A stretch of 63,433 nucleotides of DNA, filler included, from Octopus bimaculoides (taxonomy: Eukaryota): the NCBI RefSeq assembly GCF_001194135.2. It is 7 parts of 7 records of this genome, joined end to end, with 100 filler letters (N's around TTAATTAATTAA, not from the genome) between each part and the next. Parts side by side here need not be neighbours in the genome. Positions count along the whole stretch, not along the records: positions 33,661 to 51,412 come from NC_068985.1; 6 more parts are not named here. One strand, given 5' to 3'. A program made the position numbers and the translations under genes. Numbering within the stretch: the first letter of the stretch is position 1; each line of letters starts with the position of its first letter. This document shows, one piece after another, positions 35,095 to 47,035 of the stretch. The notes below the pieces were generated by a model. It searched no databases. It worked only from the letters and a program-made list of their open reading frames with translations, and was not told where the DNA came from.

Positions 35095-35539
35095 NNNNNN
35101 NNNNNNNNNNNNNNNNNNNNNNNNNNNNNNNNNNNNNNNNNNNNNNNNNNNNNNNNNNNNNNNNNNNNNNNNNNNNNNNNNNNNNNNNNNNNNNATATAT
35201 ACATATATGTATGCGTGTATGTGTATACAAACAGATGCACACATATGTATGTATATGTATATATATAAACCCACACATATATATATATACAAACGTATAT
35301 AGTATATACATACAAACATGGACAGATATTCTCACACACACAAACACACACGCACATACACTCACGCACACACGTACACACACAACTCACCCCACCCCCC
35401 ACACACGCACACATACATACACACGCACACGCACGCACACACACACACACATATACTTTAATCAAAGGAATTCCAACTCTGATTTTCACGTTTTATTTAC
35501 AATCTTATCATAATATAATATAACTCATACTCTTTTGCT

Positions 35540-35830
35540 AGTTTCAGTCATTTGACTGCGGCCATGCTGGAGCACCGCCTTTAGTCGAGCCAACCGACCC
35601 CAGGACTTATTCTTTGTAAGCCTAGTACTTATTCTATCCGTCACTTTTGCCGAACCGCTAAATTACGGGGACGTAAACACACCACCATCGTTTGTCAAGC
35701 AATGTTGGGGGGAAGGGACAAACACAGACACAAAAAAAACTATATATACATATATATGACGGACTTCTTTCAGTTTCCGTGTACCAAAGACTCTCACAAG
35801 GAAGGCTTTGGTTGGCCCGAGGCTATAGTA
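35540..35830 (-). mobile_element. SINE family A
   Basis: agtcatttgactgcggccatgctggagcaccgcc..ccgaaccgctaa..cttctttcagtttccgt. Confidence 0.8.
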
Positions 35831-35859
35831 GATGACATAAGATAATAATAATATAATGA

Positions 35860-36570
35860 AATGATAGAATATTAAATGTCCATTCTGATTGAACTAGTAC
35901 TTTCATGCATTAAGCTGTGCAATCTTCAGGTTCATATAGTAGTGTTGACAGTTGCAGTTTACAAATTACAACTGTAGTGAGATGGCTAAAATGTGTGCCT
36001 CAAATACATTTGTATAGGTTTCCTTCGATGTTATCAATCTTTACACCAACATCCCACATGACTATGGAACAGAAGCAATCAAATTCTGATTGGAAAAGTT
36101 TCCAGAAGTACTCCCGGAACGCATAAATCAGATCTTTATTATTGAATCTTTAAAATTTATACTTCAGAATTATTATTTCCTATTTGATGACATTTAATAT
36201 CGTCAGCAATGCGGAATTGCGATGGGAAAGAAAGCAGCCTCTGTCCTTACGAACCTAATAATGGGTTATTTTGAATTCACCTTATATGAGGTATCACTTC
36301 AAAAATATAGTTACCCATTTTACTTTTACATAAGAGAAAGTTGGAAAAGATACCTGGATGACTTTTTATCATTTGGAAGAAGAACACCGACCAACTTTTG
36401 GATTTCAAATCAGCACTAAATGATATAAATAGTAAAATTTAATTCACAATGGAATATAACAAAGAACAGCTCCCATTTTTAGACATCGTGGTAAAAAAAA
36501 AAAGTCAACAATCAAATTATAACTGACAACTATCATAAACCAACGGACTCGAAACAATATCTCCTGTGGA
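35860..36570 (+). mobile_element. Penelope-like element reverse transcriptase fragment (pseudogenised)
   Basis: FDVINLYTNIPHDYG..FILQNYYFLFDD..GIAMGKKAASVLTNLIMGY..WKRYLDD..LPFLDI..HKPTDSKQYL. Confidence 0.9.
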
Positions 36571-36704
36571 GTGCGCAGTAGAAATTATTAAGATAAAACT
36601 TACTTGGAGACAGTGATGTATGTATGTGTATGTGTATGCACGCGTGCACACTGGAAATTGGAGTCTTACATACATATATACGTACACACAAAATATTCAT
36701 GATG

Positions 36705-37135
36705 GTTTCTAATTTTGGCATAAAGGCAGCAACTGAAAGGGAGGTGTTAAGTTGGTTACATCGACCCCAGTACTCAACTGGTACTTATTTCATCAACCCC
36801 ACCGAAAGGAGGAAATACGAAGTCGACTTCAGCGGAATTTGGACTCAGAACGTAAAGACAGAAGAAAAGCCGCTGAATATTTTGTCTAACGTGTTCATCA
36901 TTCTACCAGCTCACCACCTTATGCATAATATTCATAAGCCGTTCTGTTATAGGTGCAAGGCCTGAAATTTGAGGGGAAAGGTTAAATCGGTTATACTGAC
37001 CCCAGTTCTAAACTGGTACTTATTTTCTCGACCACGAAAGTATAAAAAGCAAAGTGGATCTCGACGGAATTTGAACTCAGAACCTAAAGACAGACGAAAA
37101 ACCGACGCTAACGATTCTACCAGCTCGCTGCCTTA
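36705..37135 (-). mobile_element. Two tandem SINE family B copies with different tails
   Basis: Copies at about 36705-36920 and 36940-37135. Confidence 0.8.
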
Positions 37136-37470
37136 TGCATATTATTCATAATAATAAATGTTTAGAGTAGCAATTTCGGAAGAACAATGGTGACAGAATG
37201 CAGACATAGAAAGTGACCAGCTAATACAAACTTGCTAAAAAACAAAAAAACAAAAAAAGACAGTAAAAGTATTCAATGCTTTTCTAAAATTCAAAATGGA
37301 AGTCTTCATATTCATTGTGGTCTAAAAGCAAGACATGGAGTTCTGTTACTTTTTTAGAAACCGGCTTCTCGCTCAGATGAATGATTTAAATGCAATTTCA
37401 AAAATGTAACATACACATATACGCAGCGATACATATACATATATATATATATATATATACATACATACAA

Positions 37471-37527
<57 letters not shown>

Positions 37528-38523
37528 NNNNNNNNNNNNNNNNNNNNNNNNNNNNNNNNNNNNNNNNNNNNNNNNNNNNNNNNNNNNNNNNNNNNNNNNN
37601 NNNNNNNNNNNNNNNNNNNNNNNNNNNNNNNNNNNNNNNNNNNNNNNNNNNNNNNNNNNNNNNNNNNNNNNNNNNNNNNNNNNNNNNNNNNNNNNNNNNN
37701 NNNNNNNNNNNNNNNNNNNNNNNNNNNNNNNNNNNNNNNNNNNNNNNNNNNNNNNNNNNNNNNNNNNNNNNNNNNNNNNNNNNNNNNNNNNNNNNNNNNN
37801 NNNNNNNNNNNNNNNNNNNNNNNNNNNNNNNNNNNNNNNNNNNNNNNNNNNNNNNNNNNNNNNNNNNNNNNNNNNNNNNNNNNNNNNNNNNNNNNNNNNN
37901 NNNNNNNNNNNNNNNNNNNNNNNNNNNNNNNNNNNNNNNNNNNNNNNNNNNNNNNNNATACTTATGAAAATACTTCCTTATTTTTTAATGGAGGACATTA
38001 GCAAATAGCCAAAATGTTTGTATATATATATTTTCATGTGTATCTGTATCTATATATATGTGTAAGAGAGAATGTCTGTGTTCGAGTGAAAGGAATAGGC
38101 GCGAACATTAAAACATTTTATAAACTGAGCAAAGGTAAGATAACGAAGATTAACCCTTCAATTGCTCTCTGCAACAAGAATGGCGCGTTAAGGAAAGAAA
38201 TAAAACGATAAATGTTTAGACAAAATCTTTAAGCAAATAACGGAGAAAAGAAAAATATACACTCTCCCTTGCTTTCTTTTGTTGCTTTTTACTTGGGCTC
38301 TTGGACTCAGAAGACGATCACCCGATTTCCTTGGCGTGTAAGTGACAAAGATGAAAACATTCTTCTGAACGGGATAATGATAGCGTGAAAAGAGAAGAGA
38401 TTTGCATGCATGGGTAGCTACAAATTTTGCACAAACTTTACACCAGAGAGAACATTCTAGATGCAGAAATACACAGTTACTCATGATTGAAAGGACCGCT
38501 ACACTCCACACATTATAATACTG

Positions 38524-38558
<35 letters not shown>

Positions 38559-38614
38559 NNNNNNNNNNNNNNNNNNNNNNNNNNNNNNNNNNNNNNNNNN
38601 NNNNNNNNNNNNNN

Positions 38615-38646
<32 letters not shown>

Positions 38647-38789
38647 AGCATGCATGTATACATACATACATACATACATACATACATACATACATACATA
38701 CATACATACATGCATGCATTTGAAATTTAAAAACCTCTACAAAAATAGATTTAGAAAATCGGGTAAAAATATCACTAATAGACAGGAAA

Positions 38790-40330
38790 AAAAACGGAAC
38801 CACCAGCGAACTTTGTACCACTCGAAATATATCTCCCCAAATATGATGATTTCAAGCAAGCCATTAACCCATCCGCTTTAGTGCCCTTCTGTAGTAAGGG
38901 CAAAGTCTGGCGAAAGTCTGCTGATAATACAGTGGTAACATCAATACTTCAGAAACTCTTAAATTCTGCAAACTTGGACTCAGAGTTTCCAAAAACGTTT
39001 TGTTTGCCATCGTGCACTCGTTCCAAGCAATGAGATGACACTTCCTTAGTATCTTTCCCATCCCAGATGCTTCACTAATAATGGTTTCAAATTTTAGCAC
39101 AAGGCCAGCAATTTCGGGGAAAGAGATAAGTCTATTACATCGACCCCAGTGTTCAACTGGTACTTATTTTATCGACCCTGAAAGGATGAAAGGCAAAGTC
39201 GACCTCGGCGGAATTTGAATTCAGAATGTAGAGACGGACGAAATGCTAAGCATTTTGCCCGGCGTGGTAACGATTATCCCAGCTCACTACCTTATGTTTT
39301 AATAATACTGATTTCAAATTTTGGCTCATGGTTAGCAAGTTCGGAGGAGGAGGTAAAGTCAATAACATCGACCCCAGTGTTCAACAGGTACTTATTTTAT
39401 CGACCCCGAAAGGATGAAAGGCAAAGTCAACCGCGGCAGAATTTGAACTCAGAACGTAAAGACGGACGAAATACCGCTAAGCATTTCGTCCGGCGTGCTA
39501 ACGATTCTGCCAGCTTGCCGCTTAAGATGTTTTACTAATATTACCCCAGTTATTACAAATTGGTGTATCGTTATTTGCTAAATCTAATGGCGGTTTGTAA
39601 ATAGCGTGAGCTGGTCATCCTCCTGGAAGTAACATTGCAGTAATACCTGAAGAAGCAACAGCCAAAGTTATTTTCATCTGTTGTCGAACCTTGGCAAGTA
39701 ACAGCTTTTACCAGTTCCTGCCGGAACACCAAGAAAAACAGTCCTCCCTTTCGATAAACAAACTCTTTTGAGAATATCATTGTAAAATACTTTTTGTTCA
39801 TGCAACAATTTGGGTTCATTTTCGTGAACATATGTTGACAGATCTTCAATGTTGTAAAAAGTTTCTTTTGATAGTTCTGTTCTTAAACTTAACTTCAGAA
39901 AGATGGATTTGAGCAAGCCCATAATCCGGCAATTCATTCCCTCTCATAGAAATAACTTTATCTTCAATTGCAATTAATGCCGTATTGTAGATTTTACCAC
40001 TGTACTCTATAGTGCAATGATAAAATCTACAATACCACATTCAATGCAGCTGAATGTGGTATTTATAATCTTTTAACCGATGATTTCTCTATTTTAGCCA
40101 TATTGGAACTGGATCCTTAAATCACAGTTTTGCAATTAGATCATGTCTATTGGTATGAAAGTGCCCTGGAAAAAGCTCTGCTTCGATTTCATCACGTTTG
40201 AGGATGCAAATGACGTCCAAAATTGCAAGACATCCATATTCCGTAAATCCCTCTTGCATATATTTTGGGCTTCCTGTAAAACGGGAAGAGCGGAGGCAAA
40301 GTATTCCCAAGCTCTGACTCTGCTATACCG
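38790..40330 (-). mobile_element. Decayed Helitron RepHel (Rep and PIF1 helicase remnants), interrupted by SINEs
   Basis: FTGSPKYM, EIEAELFPG..RHDLIA, PAGTGK, LIAWNECTMANK and DFRQTLP..KGTKAD..ACLKSS. Confidence 0.9.
39075..39525 (-). mobile_element. Two tandem SINE family B copies inserted in the Helitron helicase
   Basis: Copies at about 39075-39290 and 39310-39525. The flanks share ATTAGT(A/G)AA(A/G)CATCT. Confidence 0.85.
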
Positions 40331-40541
40331 TTATTAACGGCATCTCGTAAATGTCTGTATGATACATGCATGATGAACGTTATCTGTTTAAATAGTTATA
40401 TGTTATATGTTATATGTTAAATAGTTATATGGGAGGTGAGAGAGAGGGAAAGTGGGGAGGCACGAGGAGGAGGAGGAGGTACGAGAAGGAGAGAAGAGTG
40501 AAGTATGGTGAAAGAGAATGAGATGCAAATAGAATACATAC

Positions 40542-40576
<35 letters not shown>

Positions 40577-41484
40577 NNNNNNNNNNNNNNNNNNNNNNNN
40601 NNNNNNNNNNNNNNNNNNNNNNNNNNNNNNNNNNNNNNNNNNNNNNNNNNNNNNNNNNNNNNNNNNNNNNNNNNNNNNNNNNNNNNNNNNNNNNNNNNNN
40701 NNNNNNNNNNNNNNNNNNNNNNNNNNNNNNNNNNNNNNNNNNNNNNNNNNNNNNNNNNNNNNNNNNNNNNNNNNNNNNNNNNNNNNNNNNNNNNNNNNNN
40801 NNNNNNNNNNNNNNNNNNNNNNNNNNNNNNNNNNNNNNNNNNNNNNNNNNNNNNNNNNNNNNNNNNNNNNNNNNNNNNNNNNNNNNNNNNNNNNNNNNNN
40901 NNNNNNNNNNNNNNNNNNNNNNNNNNNNNNNNNNNNNNNNNNNNNNNNNNNNNNNNNNNNNNNNNNNNNNNNNNNNNNNNNNNNNNNNNNNNNNNNNNNN
41001 NNNNNNNNNNNNNNNNNNNNNNNNNNNNNNNNNNNNNNNNNNNNNNNNNNNNNNNNNNNNNNNNNNNNNNNNNNNNNNNNNNNNNNNNNNNNNNNNNNNN
41101 NNNNNNNNNNNNNNNNNNNNNNNNNNNNNNNNNNNNNNNNNNNNNNNNNNNNNNNNNNNNNNNNNNNNNNNNNNNNNNNNNNNNNNNNNNNNNNNNNNNN
41201 NNNNNNNNNNNNNNNNNNNNNNNNNNNNNNNNNNNNNNNNNNNNNNNNNNNNNNNNNNNNNNNNNNNNNNNNNNNNNNNNNNNNNNNNNNNNNNNNNNNN
41301 NNNNNNNNNNNNNNNNNNNNNNNNNNNNNNNNNNNNNNNNNNNNNNNNNNNNNNNNNNNNNNNNNNNNNNNNNNNNNNNNNNNNNNNNNNNNNNNNNNNN
41401 NNNNNNNNNNNNNNNNNNNNNNNNNNNNNNNNNNNNNNNNNNNNNNNNNNNNNNNNNNNNNNNNNNNNNNNNNNNNNNNNNNNN

Positions 41485-41570
<86 letters not shown>

Positions 41571-41927
41571 CGGATAGATTGGTGGCGTGCTGATGATCTG
41601 AACGACATATTATGGTAAACTTACCAACTCCCTACCACTGTATATCAATTTTACACCCTTTCTTTCCCTTTTAATATCCCCCACCATTCATTTGGGTCCT
41701 ATAAGCAGAACATATGTGTGTATGTGTGCTTGTGTGTGTGCGTGTATGTGTGTGTATGCGTGTGTCTTGCGAGTGTTTTCTTTTTGTGATGGACAGAAGA
41801 ATTGCTGCTTGTGAGCAACTGTTGTCAACTTTCCAACCCCTCTCTCTCCCTAAAGCCACGTATTCCTCACACTCACCTCTCTTTTCCTTCCTCCGCGTTC
41901 TAAAAGTTGCATATGTGTATATGTATT

Positions 41928-42041
<114 letters not shown>

Positions 42042-42688
42042 CGCTTGTATCTATGTATTTTACGTACGTGCGTATGTATGCAGCATCCATCGTTATATAT
42101 TTTCATATTTCACCAAACCCCGCCCGCTGCTTGGAAACTCCAAATTTAGATTCCATAACTTAACTTCTACCTTACCCTTCTCACTCAAGTTCAATGCAAC
42201 TCAGCCCACAACTCACACCTTCCTGTATACGACAGGCAAAATAGCCAAGAATTTTATAAGTTATAGAACAAGATTGGGTTGGAGAGGATAAATTCCAATT
42301 CTAAAACGTAAAAGAGAGCCACGCACAGCGTTTATCTCTTCTGTTCATATTTTTGTTATTGTCTTGACCTCGCTGCTCGTAATACAACAGAACTGATTCC
42401 AATGCTAGTGTTGAAAAGTGGTGTTTTTAATTCTAACGCTCACTGAACAATTGCAAATAATGTCTGGCAATCTGTAACCCATGCTGTGATCCGAACTAAT
42501 CGGTGTCTTCGCCCAGAAGAAATTTTGCAAACTGAAACATCATATTCAAGTGGCTTCCAAAAATTTGTAGCAATAGGAAGTTGCGTTACTGTGACAATAT
42601 ACACAAACGCATACAAACGCAGCACATACGCACACATACATACATACATACATACATACATACATGCATACATACATACATACGTACG

Positions 42689-42722
<34 letters not shown>

Positions 42723-43393
42723 CATACATACATACATACGTACATACATATATATNNNNNNNNNNNNNNNNNNNNNNNNNNNNNNNNNNNNNNNNNNNNN
42801 NNNNNNNNNNNNNNNNNNNNNNNNNNNNNNNNNNNNNNNNNNNNNNNNNNNNNNNNNNNNNNNNNNNNNNNNNNNNNNNNNNNNNNNNNNNNNNNNNNNN
42901 NNNNNNNNNNNNNNNNNNNNNNNNNNNNNNNNNNNNNNNNNNNNNNNNNNNNNNNNNNNNNNNNNNNNNNNNNNNNNNNNNNNNNNNNNNNNNNNNNNNN
43001 NNNNNNNNNNNNNNNNNNNNNNNNNNNNNNNNNNNNNNNNNNNNNNNNNNNNNNNNNNNNNNNNNNNNNNNNNNNNNNNNNNNNNNNNNNNNNNNNNNNN
43101 NNNNNNNNNNNNNNNNNNNNNNNNNNNNNNNNNNNNNNNNNNNNNNNNNNNNNNNNNNNNNNNNNNNNNNNNNNNNNNNNNNNNNNNNNNNNNNNNNNNN
43201 NNNNNNNNNNNNNNNNNNNNNNNNNNNNNNNNNNNNNNNNNNNNNNNNNNNNNNNNNNNNNNNNNNNNNNNNNNNNNNNNNNNNNNNNNNNNNNNNNNNN
43301 NNNNNNNNNNNNNNNNNNNNNNNNNNNNNNNNNNNNNNNNNNNNNNNNNNNNNNNNNNNNNGTGTGTGTGTGTGTGTGTGTGTGTGTGATAAA

Positions 43394-43539
43394 CACAATA
43401 TATGCTTTTATGTGCTACTATTAGTTTCATGTGATGAGAGCATGACAGAGTATTTTTTATTACGTCTGGTGTTAAAAAATACTTTCTGGCACGCTCGCAT
43501 CACATGAAACTAATAGTAACACATAAAATATATATTGTG
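43394..43539. repeat. Foldback inverted repeat
   Basis: cacaatatat..ttatgtg.tactattagtttcatgtgatg is mirrored by catcacatgaaactaatagta.cacataa..atatattgtg. Confidence 0.8.
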
Positions 43540-43776
43540 CTTATTAAATAATATTTATCTCTCACTAGATGGAGTACATTTTTGTTGATCTTACCATCAC
43601 GAAACAGTACACTATATATATAGTGTTGTTTGTTGTTTACACAACCGTCTTTGTCTTTTGTTTTTTGTAAATTCTCAATATATATATAGTTCAAATTTAT
43701 AGAAAAACAAAGACGAAGACAGATGTAGGAACAACAAGCAAGTGTATTAGCATGACGCTCGGGAAAAATGAAAAGT

Positions 43777-43812
43777 CTTTTACGTTTCGAGCCAACGCTC
43801 TTCGACAGAAAG
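43777..43812 (-). ncRNA. Minimal type-I hammerhead motif with a CUGUCGA core variant
   Basis: CUUU-CUGUCGA-A-GAGC/GUUG/GCUC-GAAAC-GUA-AAAG. Confidence 0.6.
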
Positions 43813-44193
43813 GAATAAGACGAAATAAATAGAGAGAGAATGAAAAAAAAAGCGTGTTGAATTCAATGGTGTGTGTGTGTGTTCGATAAGTCACAAAGAC
43901 GTATACTATCCAACACTGGTAATCAGACGGTGGAGGAAAGAAGTACAAGAAAGAACATACACAAACACACTCAGATGTGTGCAGGGGTGTATGTGTGTGT
44001 ATGTATAAATGTTCATGTGGTGGTGCGCATGCTTCACTGTGCGGTTCTTCTCTATGTATGTTTCTAGGTATGTGTATATATGTATATATATATGTGTGTT
44101 TGTGTGTTTGTGTGTGTATGTGCATACAGGAATATATGTCTGTGTGTGTATATATATAAATATATATATATATATTTACGTGTGGTTGTACGC

Positions 44194-44246
<53 letters not shown>

Positions 44247-44649
44247 TATATGTGCGTATATATATATTAGAATGCATGTATGTCTATGTGTATATGTGTA
44301 TGTTTGTATATTTATGTGTGTGTCTATATATCTGTCCAATCTAGATTTCGAAGAAGTTTGTCTGTCCTTTTCGCCTCTAGCCTGACAATCACCTTTAAAC
44401 TATTCTCGTCTGACAAATGAAGTCCAGAGAAATGAAGTAGCTACTGCAGCGAGCATCACTGGCCATTGTCCGCTCAACATCGCCATTATTACTGCAGGGC
44501 GCGCGGCTGAGTTCACCGTTTTTTCGGTGGTGGGGGTGGCAATCCCCCCCCCCACACTTTTTTTCTTTCTTTTCCGTTTTTCATCTTACTTTTTTGTTCT
44601 GATTCTTTGTATTTAAATGTTATAATTTGAAATGTTGTCTGTTGCGTAA

Positions 44650-45190
44650 CACTGTCTAACACGATGGTTATCCTTGGATTAACAACTGTTATTTCTCATT
44701 TGCTTACCCCTATGGCTAATATTTCGTTCAAACTTTACTTTTGTTATATCTATTCAAACTCCCAAAGAATCCCTCTCAGCACATGGCTATGATGCTTGCC
44801 CTCACTACTTCTGCTCATCATCAGAGATGCACATATCGTCAGCCACTAAGAGACATGCTCAAATGGTTACGATCAAATCACTGACAAGCAAATCTGTGTT
44901 ATTGAGCAGAATATTTGTAACACAACTTTTGTCCTTGGATAGCAACTGTCATTTGCTTACCTGTAGAAAGTATTAAAAATAGGTAATATTTCTTTCAAAC
45001 TTTGCTTTTGTTACATTTATTCAAACCCCCCAAAGAATCCTTCTCAACACGGCTATAATGCTCCCTCGCTATTCCCGCTCATCATCAGAGATGCACATAT
45101 TGTCAGCCACAAAGGGACATGCTCAAGTGATTAAAGTCAAACAACTGACAAGTACATCTGTGGTATTGTGCAGAGTATTTACTATAACGA
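44650..45190. repeat. Two diverged tandem copies of a unit of about 270 bp
   Basis: ttcaaact..ccaaagaatcc.tctca.cac.ggctat..atcagagatgcacatat.gtcagccac occurs twice. Confidence 0.7.
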
Positions 45191-45552
45191 TATCTCTGCT
45201 TCAGCAACTCAGCACTGAATTTGTCTGAAATGTAATGGAAAATAAGTCAGTTTCAAAGCGTCAATATTCAGGTCACAAAGCAATGTTTGAAGGGAATAGT
45301 AGTCGTTTCCTTTGATTTCTAAATGAAAGCAAATAGGAAATAACACTTACTGATTGAAGACAAAAAATAATTTTGTCACAAAGTGTAAATGATTGTAGAA
45401 ATAAAACGGGATTGTTTTTCCATTTTCCCTTGTTTACAATTCGAGCGGTTAATGACCCTCTGCTATCAGGGTTGGAATGGTTATCATTCGTGTTTATTAT
45501 TACTAATATTATTATTATCATTATTATTATTATTATTGTTGTTGTTGTTGTT

Positions 45553-45611
<59 letters not shown>

Positions 45612-45630
45612 CATCATTATTATTATTATA

Positions 45631-45946
<316 letters not shown>

Positions 45947-45949
45947 TAT

Positions 45950-46625
45950 GGTTTCCTTTCATTATAACTTTATTTCAGCTACCTTGTTTTGCTATGCATG
46001 TTAAAATTATCACCACATTTACTCCATTTTAGATGGAGTGTGCTTTCCATAATATATGGACTGTACCCATCCAGGTCAACTTTTGTAGTTTACGGAGATT
46101 GGAGTTACCAGGAAGTTGCTTAATATACTTCTCAGCTCCCTTCTTTATCATTCGCAACCCACCAATCATTACTGGTATTATCGTAGTACTAAGCTTCCAC
46201 AATTTTGTGATTTAAATTTGTAGATCTTTATAGTGAGAAAGCTTTTCATATTCCCTTCTTGGGGCATTTTAATCTTATAGAACAGACATATCTATTAACA
46301 GACAAGTTCCTCTGTTGTAGTCCTTGATAACAATGTCTGGTCGATTGGAGTCAATTTTTCTGTGTTTGTATTAGGAAGTTCCAAAGGATGGTAACGCATT
46401 TGCCATTTACTACATCCTCTGGATGGTGCCTGTACCACGTATCATGGGATTTAATTTTGTAGTATTTACAAGCATTCCAGTGGATGTACTGCCCTAGTCT
46501 GTCATGTCTTATGAGGTACTCCTTTTCAGCGAAGACTGGACAGCCAGAAACATCATGATCAATTGTCTCTGTGAATTTTCCGCAAATTCTGCACGACGGG
46601 TCAGATCCATCTTTAAGGACGTTTG
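45950..46625 (-). mobile_element. R4/Dong-like zinc-knuckle plus RLE 3' fragment within TAA tracts
   Basis: PSCRICGKFTETIDHDVSGCP..RHDRLGQYIHWNACK..RPDIVIKD..LIDMSV..YKDLQI..IIPVMIG. Confidence 0.9.
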
Positions 46626-46654
46626 CATGGTTGTTTCTGGTAGTTTATTATTAC

Positions 46655-46714
<60 letters not shown>

Positions 46715-46724
46715 TATTATTATT

Positions 46725-46895
46725 TAGGCGGCATTTAATCCGTCTTTACATTCTGGGTTCGAATTCCGCCATGGTCGACTTTGCCTGTCATCTTGTAGAG
46801 GTTCGATAAAATAAGTACCAGCTGAATACTGGGGTCGGTGTAATCTGTTTAACCCCTCCCCCGAAATCGCTGGCCCTGTGCCAAAATTTGAAACC
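46725..46895 (+). mobile_element. SINE family B
   Basis: tgggttcgaattccgcc..gtcgactttgcc..gataaaataagtaccag..gccaaaatttgaaacc. Confidence 0.75.
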
Positions 46896-46899
46896 ATTA

Positions 46900-47035
<136 letters not shown>

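Noticed and set aside
33200-35513. Many long ORFs of YI/HT/CV/poly-I/poly-N composition here and elsewhere
   Set aside because: They are translations of microsatellites or N runs with no coding evidence.
44405-44492. Signal-peptide-like minus-strand ORF MAMLSGQWPVMLAAVATSFLWTSFVRRE in a GC-rich patch
   Set aside because: It stops after 28 codons with no convincing splice donor.
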